Part shown: one piece after another, positions 20,867 to 29,759 of the stretch
Position numbering within the stretch: position 1 is the first letter of the stretch
How the letters are laid out: each line of letters starts with the position of its first letter
Source: an uncultured Chloroflexia bacterium
GTDB taxonomy: Bacteria; Chloroflexota; Limnocylindria; Limnocylindrales; CSP1-4
Reading direction: 5' to 3'
Length of the DNA stretch: 64,000 nt
Assembly (NCBI GenBank): GCA_963828165.1
Contig: CAWHDR010000005.1
Span: forward strand, 1-64,000
Translations under genes and position numbers: made by a program
The notes under the pieces: model-generated
The model's input: only the letters and a program-made list of their open reading frames with translations
What the model was told of the DNA's origin: nothing
Databases searched by the model: none

Positions 20867-21263
20867 ATGAGGCCGCTGGCTGTGTTGTGGGTGCTCGTGC
20901 TGGTGCTCGCCTGCGCTCCGGCTCCGGCGCTGCAGCCTGATCGCGTCAGGTCCATCGACGCGGCAAGCCTCACGAACTGTAAAGACGCCTTCCGGATCTG
21001 GGTCGACGGTGCCCAGGCGCTGAACAGTGCAGACGTCGACCTGACGGAGACACTATTCGAGCAGGAGGTCGTGCAGCGTCGCGTTTTCGAGCTGTGCAGC
21101 TTGGCCGAAGCCGAGATGTACAACGTGGAGATGCTGTGGGAGCCGGCGCCGGGCATCAGTCAACCGCTGATCGAGCGCGATTTCCGCACATTCGCCGAAA
21201 TCGAATGCGTCGACGAGTCGCCTACTCGACGGGACGCGCCTCTGCGCCGAAGTGGGTTACTAG
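20867..21263 (+). CDS. Cassette 15: putative lipoprotein, frameshift near 21222
   Basis: VLVLVLAC lipobox; corrected C-terminus ECVDESPLLDGTRLCAEVGY* (TAG 21261-21263). Confidence 0.68.
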
Positions 21264-21414
21264 ACCGTCTGCTGGGTCCCTCGACAGGAGTCATTGGCGC
21301 ACGCTTTGCGACCAGGGCGTCCGCGTGCGGCCGCCGTCCAGGGCGTTCGGCCGCCCGTCGGTCGTCGACGGGCGCGTCAGTCAGGCTGGCGCGACCACGG
21401 GCTAGACTCGGCCC

Positions 21415-21744
21415 GTGGAACCAAGGCGATGGCCCATCCTTGGCTACGACGCGGAGCGCGACCTGCCCTTCTACCGGCTCGTCGTGAGCTTCCGCAACGC
21501 CGTCGAGCTGACGATGATGTCCCGCGGCTTGCCCCTCGACACCGACCACATCTTTTGGGGGTTTAGCGGGTACGAGCCTCCCCTACGACGGATCCGACAC
21601 GACGACGAATGGCCAGACGACGATGGCCTCGCCGCATCTCGGGTGCCGAAACGGCCATACGACGGCACGGGTTCCGCCAGCGTCGAGATAGAGCCGCCGG
21701 TCGAGGAATTCCTCGACGAGGGACGAGTCCAGCTCAGCTTGTAG
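21415..21744 (+). CDS. Cassette 16: hypothetical protein
   Basis: 109 aa ORF; TAGACT 6 nt before GTG. Confidence 0.68.
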   Translation: MEPRRWPILGYDAERDLPFYRLVVSFRNAVELTMMSRGLPLDTDHIFWGFSGYEPPLRRIRHDDEWPDDDGLAASRVPKRPYDGTGSASVEIEPPVEEFLDEGRVQLSL

Positions 21745-21922
21745 ACGGCCCTCCAGTGTCCCGGGGCTGATCTATCACCCTTCGGAAGCAATCAGTCCGA
21801 GGCCGTCGCTCGGCTGTCATTCCCGGACGCTTTCCCACCACGGGCTCCTCGCCCTGGGCGATGCCGGCACATCTGTCGCGTGATGCGCGTCCGATGCACA
21901 GCCACGGTCTCTCGGAGACTGG

Positions 21923-22615
21923 ATGACCACACGTACGACCCTGCGACTCGGTACGACCCTCATGTTGGTTTTCGCGGCCGCGCACTGGACAGCCGGTCCG
22001 GTCGCGGCCGAGTGCCCGTTCATCCCGCCGTTTCCGAGGGCCGAGCCAGCCATCCGTTCCGCCGAAGAGGTGATCATCGGCGAACTGGTCGGCGCCTCAG
22101 CAGCCGACTTCTACCTGGGACCGAACCAGGGCCCGCGCAGGATGGGCATACGCGTGACCGAGGTGCTGCGCGGCCCGAAGGCGCTCGGAGACCTCGTCGA
22201 CGTGCAGTACCTCCAGCCCAACTGGCCGTGGATCACGTATCCAGGCGGGAATGGCAAGGCCTTCCCATCATGCACTTACCTGTTGATGGAGGCGGACGTC
22301 GGGGACACGATCGCCCTCGCCCTGGGCGCGGTCCAGCCCCGACAGCGCATCGAGGTCCAGGGCGTGTCCTGGATGCAGCCCCGAACGACGTACAACGCGA
22401 TGAGCAGGATCCGAAGTCCGGCGAATCTCGCCGAGATCCGTAGGATCGCTGGATTGCCCGAGACCGATTCAGCTCCGAAGGTCACGGCCACCAGCGCGGC
22501 CCGTGTCGATCTGCCGCTACTTGTCGCCTTTGTTGTCGGGGTCATGGGCGGCGCGGTTGCTCTGTGGCGAACCGGGCGTCGCGAGCGGTCCGAGACCGGC
22601 CTCATCCGCAAGTGA
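21923..22615 (+). CDS. Cassette 17: secreted protein with a C-terminal LPETD-TM-basic sorting-like signal
   Basis: Signal peptide ending PVAA/EC; LPETD...LPLLVAFVVGVMGGAVALW-RTGRRER; stop TGA inside the last repeat. Confidence 0.78.
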   Translation: MTTRTTLRLGTTLMLVFAAAHWTAGPVAAECPFIPPFPRAEPAIRSAEEVIIGELVGASAADFYLGPNQGPRRMGIRVTEVLRGPKALGDLVDVQYLQPNWPWITYPGGNGKAFPSCTYLLMEADVGDTIALALGAVQPRQRIEVQGVSWMQPRTTYNAMSRIRSPANLAEIRRIAGLPETDSAPKVTATSAARVDLPLLVAFVVGVMGGAVALWRTGRRERSETGLIRK

Positions 22616-22677
22616 CATTGGCAAACGCTTGCGAATCACGACTCACGTTTCCCAGCACAGCACCTTGCGAGACCCAA

Positions 22678-22852
22678 ATATCGCCACTGGCGATGGTAGG
22701 TTCGGGCTGGATGCAGCGGCCGCCCCAGGCGCTTGAATTGGTTTGAGTCCCGCGGCAGATATCGCCCGGCGCAATATCTGGGAGCGTAAGTTGGCACCGG
22801 ATGCGTTGGAGGCGCGTCGGTTCGACTACGATCGCCCATGGCGATATCCGGG
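22678..22852. repeat. Cluster of three REP-like palindromes (ATATCGCC-N-GGCGAT type)
   Basis: Units at 22678, 22756 and 22831 (third inverted); same layout at 57641-57822. Confidence 0.6.
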
Positions 22853-23014
22853 TGACCGTGAGCTCCGACACGGCTTGGGCGAGGCCACACCAGGCAGGCC
22901 GTGGAGGGGTGGCACCGGGCGGAATCCGGGCGCGGAGCCCGCTAGCGGCGAAGCCGCGGAGGGCGGAGGCGCCCGGCATTCGCCCGGTGACAGGACCCCC
23001 GCAACGCCCCCGCC

Positions 23015-23813
23015 CTAGACCTCGACCAGTCTGCTGGATGCGCTCGATCGCCAGCGCCCGACCCGTCGCCGGATCGATATCGACCTGGGTCGCGTTGAAC
23101 ACCACGGGCCCGCTCCCCACCTCGAACCGGGTCGGCAAGGCGTTGATGAACCGCGGCAGCACCGTCGCCGGATCGAAGCCGATGACGCTCCACACCGGCC
23201 CCGTCATGCCGAGATCGGTCTGATACGCCGTTCCACCGGGCAGGATCCGCTCATCCCCGGTGACGATGTGGGTGTGGGTCCCCACGACCACGCTGACCCG
23301 CCCGTCGAGATACAGCCCGAACGCGTTCTTCTCGGACGTCAGCTCGCAATGGAAGTCGACCAGGCGGATCGGCGGGAGCGGCTCCGGCGAGGACGACTCG
23401 TCGAGCAGGGCATCCGCGTCGGTGAACGGGTTTTCGATCGGCTGCATGAACGTGCGGCCCTGCAGGTTGATGACCGCGACCTGCGACCCATCCAGGGCGT
23501 CGTACACGCCCAGGCCCCGCCCCGGCACCTCGTGCGAGCCGTAGTTGTGCGGTCGAAGCACCCGGTCCGTGGAATCGAGGTACGGATAGATCTCGCGCTT
23601 GTCCCAGATGTGATTGCCGCTCGTGATGACGTCGACGCCGGCGGCCAGGATCGCATCAGCCAACGACGGCGTCAGCCCCATCCCACCCGCGACGTTCTCG
23701 CCGTTGGCGGTGACGAAGTCGATCCCGCGGGCGGCGCGCAGCCCCGGCAGCACCTGCTCGATCGCGTGGCGACCCGGCTTGCCGATCAGGTCGCCGATCA
23801 TCAGGACGCGGCA
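23015..23813 (-). CDS. ymdB: YmdB/TIGR00282 family metallophosphoesterase
   Basis: MIGDLIGKPG, NGENVAGG, TSGNHIWDK, VDFHCELTSEK, GTHTH, TDLGMTG; probable true end IQRLVEV* after an indel; start uncertain. Confidence 0.9.
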
Positions 23814-23937
23814 CGCCCCGGGCGGACGCGGCGCATCGCCGTTGGGCGGGTTGCCCAGACGCGTGAGGCCGATCTGCGGGGGCGACGTCGGCGGCGAACG
23901 GTCTACGTCGCGTCCCCCATCACCATGAACGCGTCAC

Positions 23938-24864
23938 CTACGACGCCCGGTACAGCAGCCACGGAATCGTGCATCCGCTGCGCCTGCCCGGCCGTGAACT
24001 CCGTGTAGCAGGTGTCGAACGAGTAGTCCATGTAGTTGTGGATGGGGTCGGCGCCGGGAGCCGGGCATGTGTCCTTGCCGATCGGGCAGCCGGACGACGG
24101 CGTCTTCTGGGCGGGCGTGTCGTCAACGAAGTCGCCGGTCCTGTTGCAGGCGCCATAGAAGGTGTGCTCGAGGTTGAGCCAGTGTCCCGCCTCATGCGTG
24201 AGCGTCTCGCCCCGATCGAAGCTGCCCACATAGGCGTCCGAGGCTCCCGGCACGGTGCGCCAGTCGATCACGATCCCGTCCAGGTACGCCTGGGCCGTGT
24301 CGGTGATCTCGGGCAGGTAGGCCCAGCCCAGATACGCGCCGCCGCTGGTGGTGTAGACATTGAGCGCGTTGTCTCCGCCTTGCTTCAAGGCCTTCTTCAT
24401 CTTGTGCTCAGCGCCGCCCGAGCGCGAGGCATACCAGACCGCGTCATCGGTCCGAGTGACCCCGGCGAGCGAGAAGGAGAAGTTCGTCCGGAATCCGCCC
24501 TCGCCCCCGCCGAACGTCTTGTTCAGCACCGCGACCTGATCTTGGAGCTGCCGGTTCGCGTGAGATTCCCAAGCGCTCCGTCGGTGATGACATGGAAGTA
24601 CACCGGGACGGCCGCAGAGAAGTTCGTCTTGGCTTTGCCCTTGGCCGACGCCGGGAGGTCGCGGCGAACCTGGGTGTTGTCGGGTTCACGGAGCTTGCCA
24701 CCGCGGCCCTGGACCTCCGCCTGCGCCCCGGAACCCCCCGGATCGCAGAACACGGCCGAGGCCCCACCTGCCGACGTACTCGATGCAGCCACCGGCATCG
24801 CGGCGAGCGTGGCAGCAAGCACGTAGACGAGTACGAGAGCGATCAGTCGACGCATCACGCGCAT
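23938..24864 (-). CDS. Secreted zinc metalloprotease, M43 (pappalysin/ulilysin-like), frameshifted
   Basis: Signal peptide, VPVYFHVIT, HEAGHWLNLEHTF, DFVDDTP, HNYMDYS, FTAGQ. Confidence 0.9.
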
Positions 24865-24989
24865 GCGGCGGTCCTCCTCCAGGTTCGACGATGGTCTAGA
24901 TATGCGGCGGCATTCTGCGCGCCCCGAGGGCGTGTCGGATAGGGGCGGTTAGGGATTCGGTGGTGCGGTGCGACACCGGCCACGCGCGC

Positions 24990-26534
24990 CTACTTCGCGT
25001 ACTCCACGGCCCGCGTCTCGCGGATGACCGTGACCTTGATCTGACCTGGGTAGGTCAGCTGCTCCTCGATCTTCTTCACGATGTCTCGTGCCAATCGGGT
25101 GGCCGTGAGGTCGTCGATCTCCTCGGGCCGGACGAGGATGCGGACCTCGCGACCGGCCTGGACGGCGAACGAGCGCTCGACGCCACCGAAGCTCTCGGCG
25201 ATCGCCTGGAGGTCCTCGAGGCGCTTGACGTAGGTGTCCATGGTCTCGCCGCGAGCACCGGGGCGGGACGCGCTGATCGCGTCGGCCACCTGGACGATCG
25301 GGGCCTCCAAGCAGGCGTATTCGACCTCCTGGTGGTGGGCCGCGATGCCGTTGATGACCTTGAACGGCAGGTTGTGGCGCTGGGCGATCTGGGCACCGAT
25401 GGCCGCGTGCGGCCCTTCGACCTCGTGGTCCACGGCCTTGCCGATGTCGTGCAGCAGCCCGCCCATCTTGGCGATCTGCACGTCCGCACCGATCTCGGCC
25501 GCGATGACCGAGGCGAGGTTGCTCGTCTCGACCGAGTGCCGGAGCACGTTCTGGCCGTAGCTCGTGCGGTACTTGAGCCGGCCGAGCAGCTTGATGATCT
25601 CAGCGGGCAACCCCGGGACGCCCGCCTCGTAGGCGGCCGCCTCACCGGCCTGGCGCATGATGATGTCGACCTCGGCACGGGCCTTGGCGACGACTTCCTC
25701 GATGCGGCCGGGGTGGATGCGGCCGTCGGCGATGAGCTTCGTCAGGGCGATTCGCGCGACCTCGCGTCGGACGGGATCGAAGCCCGACAGGATCACGGTC
25801 TCGGGCGTGTCGTCGATGATCAGGTCGACGCCGGTCGCCTGCTCGAGCGCCCGGATGTTGCGGCCTTCACGGCCGATGATGCGGCCCTTCATCTCGTCGG
25901 ACGGGAGGTGGACGACGGACACCGTGTGCTCCGCCGTGTGGTCCGCAGCGACGCGCTGCATGGCGGTCAGCACGATGTCGCGAGCCTTGTCCTGGGCCTC
26001 TTCGCGGGCAGCGCGCTCGATCGCGCGGCCGAGCTTGACGGCGTCGTGCTCGGCTTCGGCACGCACGGCCTCGAGGAGCATGGCCTTGGCGTCCTCGGCG
26101 GCCAGCCCGGAGACCCGCTCGAGCGCCGCGATCTGTTCGTTGATCGCGCGACCGAGGTCCTCTTTGGCCTTCTCCAGTTCGCGCTCGCGATCCAGAAGCT
26201 TGCGGTCGCGCTCTTCGAGCATCTCCGCGCGCTGATCGAGCTGCTCGTCGCGCTGGACCAGACGACGTTCCTGCGCCGAGAGCTCGCCGCGCCGGGCGCG
26301 GGCCTCCTCTTCGGCCTCGCGGCCGAGCCGCAGCTTCTCGTCCTTCGCCTCGAGGATGAGCTCCTTCTGGCGGGCGCGCGCCTCCGCTTCGATGCGGCGA
26401 GCCTCCGATTGCGCCGCCTTCATGCCCTGGGATGCCCACATGCTGCGGGCCAATGCGCCGAGTACGGCTCCGCCGACGGCGGCCGCGAGGGCCACCGCCA
26501 CGAGGACCGGTGTGTCCATCGGTTGTCCTCCCAT
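24990..26534 (-). CDS. rny: Ribonuclease Y
   Basis: N-terminal TM, coiled coil, KH motif [18 protein letters not shown] motif LLHDIGK. Confidence 0.97.
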   Translation of the reverse strand: MGGQPMDTPVLVAVALAAAVGGAVLGALARSMWASQGMKAAQSEARRIEAEARARQKELILEAKDEKLRLGREAEEEARARRGELSAQERRLVQRDEQLDQRAEMLEERDRKLLDRERELEKAKEDLGRAINEQIAALERVSGLAAEDAKAMLLEAVRAEAEHDAVKLGRAIERAAREEAQDKARDIVLTAMQRVAADHTAEHTVSVVHLPSDEMKGRIIGREGRNIRALEQATGVDLIIDDTPETVILSGFDPVRREVARIALTKLIADGRIHPGRIEEVVAKARAEVDIIMRQAGEAAAYEAGVPGLPAEIIKLLGRLKYRTSYGQNVLRHSVETSNLASVIAAEIGADVQIAKMGGLLHDIGKAVDHEVEGPHAAIGAQIAQRHNLPFKVINGIAAHHQEVEYACLEAPIVQVADAISASRPGARGETMDTYVKRLEDLQAIAESFGGVERSFAVQAGREVRILVRPEEIDDLTATRLARDIVKKIEEQLTYPGQIKVTVIRETRAVEYAK

Positions 26535-26883
26535 CCGGACCGGATCGTGCGGCCGGACGCGTCACTTGAGCGATGGCACGATCGCGTCGGGGTAGGTGAC
26601 CGGACCCAGAATGGGGTCGAGCCCGGCCCCGCGCCGTCAACACGACGGTCCGGGGCCCCTTCCGGTGGGCCGTGATCGGCCGATTTTCTGTCCGGAAACG
26701 CCATCACCGGCGGCTCCGGGAACGATCGCACGTAGCCTACGGCCGACGCTGCGGAGGGTCAACCGAGGGTTACCGGACGGTTGCGCTACCGCAACATGCG
26801 CGTTCCCCGCACGGGGCGCGGACGTGAAGAAGCGGCGCCGCTTTCGCGACGCCGCTCCGTCAAGGGCCGCCTGACTCTGGGGG

Positions 26884-27567
26884 TCAGTGGCCCTGCTTCG
26901 TCCTCGCGGCCTTCGCGGCGTGCCGCTCGGCATGCCTGGCCGCCTTCGCCGCTGCGCGCTCCGCCTTCCTGGTGTCGCGGGCGGAGGTGCGCTCGGCCTT
27001 GGCGGCGTCGCGCGGCCGCGCGTTCGCTCGGCTTTGGCGGTCGCGCGGGCCAGCCTTCGCTCGGCCTTGAGCGCGGCGCGGAGCTCGGCGGCCGCGGTCT
27101 TCTCGTGCTTCGCGGCCTCGAAGTCCGACGAGTCGGCCTCGGTGCACGCTTCGACTTCGGGCTCGGCGACGATCAGCTCGACCGCCGGTTCCGTCGAGGG
27201 CTCGTCCGGCGCGACCTCGCAGGCGACGTCCTGGTGGGCGATCCAGCTCACGTAGCCGCCGTGGTTGCAGTTCCTGCCGCCGATGCGGTCGCTGTGCGCG
27301 GCTTCGTCGTGGAGATGGCACCGTCGGCGTTCGCGTCGACGGCCATGTCGGCCGCCTCGGCAGCGTCCTCATCGGCGACCGCGACAACGTCCTGGCAATC
27401 GTCGTCGATGCCGTTGCCGTCGATGTCCTCGAAGGTCGCGGTCGTATCAACGACCTCGTCGGGGACCGCGTCCGGGCGGCGTCGCGCCGGCGGCGACTCC
27501 GCTCAGTGACAGGACCAGAAACAGGGCTCCGATCGTGCCAAGCCAGGTCGATCTTCGTTTCGAACAT
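26884..27567 (-). CDS. Hypothetical secreted acidic protein with Ca-binding-like loops and an Ala/Lys/Arg-rich tail, frameshifted
   Basis: Stitched frames: IGALFLVLSLSGVAA, DIDGNGIDDDC, DANADGAIS, NCNHGGYVSWIA, repeated AAKAER. Confidence 0.6.
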   Translation of the reverse strand: MFETKIDLAWHDRSPVSGPVTERSRRRRDAARTRSPTRSLIRPRPSRTSTATASTTIARTLSRSPMRTLPRRPTWPSTRTPTVPSPRRSRAQRPHRRQELQPRRLRELDRPPGRRLRGRAGRALDGTGGRADRRRARSRSVHRGRLVGLRGREAREDRGRRAPRRAQGRAKAGPRDRQSRANARPRDAAKAERTSARDTRKAERAAAKAARHAERHAAKAARTKQGH

Positions 27568-27813
27568 CGTTGCACTACCTCTCGCCCCGGCTGAAATGAT
27601 TGCGCCGGCATGCGCCGGAGGGCACGTCGCCCTGGGCCGAGTATCGACCGGGTTTGGCCCCTGCGGGCCCCCGACCTTGGTCCACAACGCGCCCCGGACG
27701 GTCGGGCCGACATCGCTCGGTGCGGGGCGGTTCGGAACCGTGGGCGGCATTGCGGGGTGGTGCCGTCCGGCAACCCCGGACATCCGTCGATCTGCGCGAT
27801 TCGTCGAGCGGCG

Positions 27814-28411
27814 TCAGTCCTCGGGAACCGCGAGGACGGAGGCGGCCACCTCGCGGCACGTCTCCGGATCGAAGCCGTGGCGCGCGAGCAGCGCGTAGGC
27901 GCGCTGGCGGCGCTGGCGCGGGTCCGCGACGCGGGCCAGAGCGCGGGCATTCTTCGCGAGCAGCCGTTCGGCCGCGGTTCGGTCCGCACTGATCGGCCGG
28001 ACGTCGTCACGATCCCCGTCCCCGCCGGTGCCCTCGCTCGCGGCGAGCGCTCGATCGCGTCGCTCCCCGAGTACGAGGTCGATGGTTTCGCGATCGATGC
28101 CCTTGGTGCGCAGCTCCTCGCGGATGGCTCGTTCGCCGCGCGGCCGGGCCCGGTCGCGGGACTCCACCCAGGCCCGGGCGAACGCCTCGTCGTCAAGCAT
28201 CCCGAGCTCGGTCATCCTGGCGATCGCGCCATCGACGAGGTCGGGCCGATAGCCCGCCCCGGCCAGGCGCCGCCGCACCTCATGGACCGAGCGCGAACGT
28301 GCCTCCAGGAAGCGCGCCGCCGCCTCGAGCACGACCGCGGGATCGTCGACCGCGGCCCGTCGCTCCCGACGCTCGGCGAACGACTCCCGTCGCGCCGGGA
28401 CGGCCGGCCAC
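27814..28411 (-). CDS. recX: Regulatory protein RecX
   Basis: ARSRSVHEVRRRL, LDDEAFARAW, ELRTKGID, LARHGFD; downstream of recA; start approximate. Confidence 0.9.
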
Positions 28412-28417
28412 GCCGGT

Positions 28418-29473
28418 CTACTCGGCCTCTTCGATGCCCTCGACGGGGATCGCGACCTCGTTGATCTTGCCGCGGATCTGGCGGTCGATGTCCGCCGCGA
28501 TCTCGGGGCTCGTCTTGAGGAAGTCCTTGGACGCCTCGCGGCCCTGGCCCAGGCGCGTCTCGCCGAAGTTGAACCAGGCGCCGGTCTTGGACACCACGTC
28601 CATCGCCACGCCGACGTCCAGCAGGCCGCCCTCCTTGGAGATGCCCTCGCCGTACATGATGTCGAACTCGGCGACGCGGAACGGCGCCGCGACCTTGTTC
28701 TTGACGACCTTCACCCGGGCCCGGTTGCCGACCGACTCGGTGCCGGTCTTGATGGTCTCGACGCGGCGGATGTCCAGCCGGACCGACGCGTAGAACTTCA
28801 GGGCGCGGCCGCCCGGCGTGACCTCCGGGTTGCCGAACATGACGCCGATCTTCTCGCGCAGCTGGTTCGTGAAGACGAGCGCCGTGTTCGAGCGCGAGAC
28901 GGCGCCGGTCAGCTTGCGCAGCGCCTGGCTCATGAGCCGGGCCTGGATGCCGACGAACGAGTCGCCCATCTCGCCCTCGATCTCGGCGCGTGGCACGAGC
29001 GCGGCGACCGAGTCGACGACGACGCAATCGATGCCGCCGGAGCGGATCAGGGTCTCGGTGATCTCGAGCGCCTGCTCACCGGTGTCCGGCTGCGAGACGA
29101 GCAGCTCGTCGACGTTGACGCCGCAGGCGCGGGCATAGGCCGGATCGAGCGCGTGCTCGACATCGATGAAGGCGACGACACCGCCGCGAGCCTGGGCCTC
29201 GGCGAGCACGTGCTGGCAGACCGTGGTCTTGCCCGACGACTCCGGACCGAAGATCTCCGTGATCCGGCCGCGCGGGATGCCACCGACGCCCAGGGCCAGG
29301 TCGAGCGCGATCGACCCCGTCGGGATCGAATCGACCGCCTGCCGCTCGGCCGAGCCGAGCTTCATGATCGCGCCGCGCCCGAACTGCTTCTCGATCGCAG
29401 AAAGGGCGGCATCCACAGCCTTGCCCCGCTCCGCGAGCGCTCGCTCCGCCGTCCGCTCGTCCGTCATCGCCAT
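28418..29473 (-). CDS. recA: Recombinase A
   Basis: [29 protein letters not shown]. Confidence 0.99.
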   Translation of the reverse strand: MAMTDERTAERALAERGKAVDAALSAIEKQFGRGAIMKLGSAERQAVDSIPTGSIALDLALGVGGIPRGRITEIFGPESSGKTTVCQHVLAEAQARGGVVAFIDVEHALDPAYARACGVNVDELLVSQPDTGEQALEITETLIRSGGIDCVVVDSVAALVPRAEIEGEMGDSFVGIQARLMSQALRKLTGAVSRSNTALVFTNQLREKIGVMFGNPEVTPGGRALKFYASVRLDIRRVETIKTGTESVGNRARVKVVKNKVAAPFRVAEFDIMYGEGISKEGGLLDVGVAMDVVSKTGAWFNFGETRLGQGREASKDFLKTSPEIAADIDRQIRGKINEVAIPVEGIEEAE

Positions 29474-29546
29474 CCGTTCGTCACGCTCCTCATCGATCGG
29501 CTCGACCGGTCAGCGGAGCGGGCCACGATGGCATCCGTCCGGTCGA

Positions 29547-29717
29547 TCAGCCTTCTTCCGTGTCGTCCTCGACGACGACTGGCTTCTCCTTGCGCGGCTT
29601 CCGGATCACCTCGACGTTCTGCGGGTGGTTCCGACAGCGGCGACGAGGCTGCGGTTCGGCGAGCTTGGCCTTCTGCTTCTTCTTGGCCTCTTTGCCGGGT
29701 CGATCTCGCGAGCCCAT
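29547..29717 (-). CDS. Small basic hypothetical protein (56 aa)
   Basis: MGSRDRPGKEAKKKQKAK...VEVIRKPRKEKPVVVEDDTEEG*; GGAGG SD; below the ORF-track cutoff. Confidence 0.6.
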   Translation of the reverse strand: MGSRDRPGKEAKKKQKAKLAEPQPRRRCRNHPQNVEVIRKPRKEKPVVVEDDTEEG

Positions 29718-29759
29718 CGCTTCGCCTCCGCGTTGTCATGCAGCGTACCGAGCGATCCT

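Larger units (their letters stand above)
10182..22635. mobile_element. Genomic island: serine recombinase + RCR Rep module followed by a repeat-delimited gene cassette array
   Basis: Lies between core genes PHP and ymdB; contains recombinase, HUH Rep, 18 direct repeat sites and unrelated short ORFs; visibly more A/T-rich than the flanks (not computed). Confidence 0.85.
13384..22635 (+). repeat. 18 directly repeated 24-25 bp sites, consensus GTGWCATTSVCGVACRCTKTGCGAC
   Basis: Copies start at 13384, 14170, 14870, 15253, 16008, 16484, 17064, 17762, 18398, 18679, 19142, 19534, 19937, 20494, 20796, 21288, 21814 and 22612; all in the same orientation, one gene between neighbours. Confidence 0.95.

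Noticed and set aside
13384-22635. CRISPR array interpretation of the 25-bp repeats
   Set aside because: Intervals are 281-798 bp, variable and protein-coding; repeats are degenerate; no cas genes in the window
13384-22635. Classical integron or CALIN
   Set aside because: No RYYYAAC..GTTRRRY ends, no long attC hairpin, and no tyrosine integrase in the window
13384-22635. Repeat as a simple transcription-factor operator or promoter
   Set aside because: Distance to the -10/start varies widely while the site hugs the upstream gene's stop, it also flanks reverse-oriented genes, and I saw no copy near core genes; disfavoured, not formally excluded
22602-23014. Long C-terminal extension of YmdB running into the last array site
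   Set aside because: Produced by an indel near 23030; the corrected gene ends at about 23015
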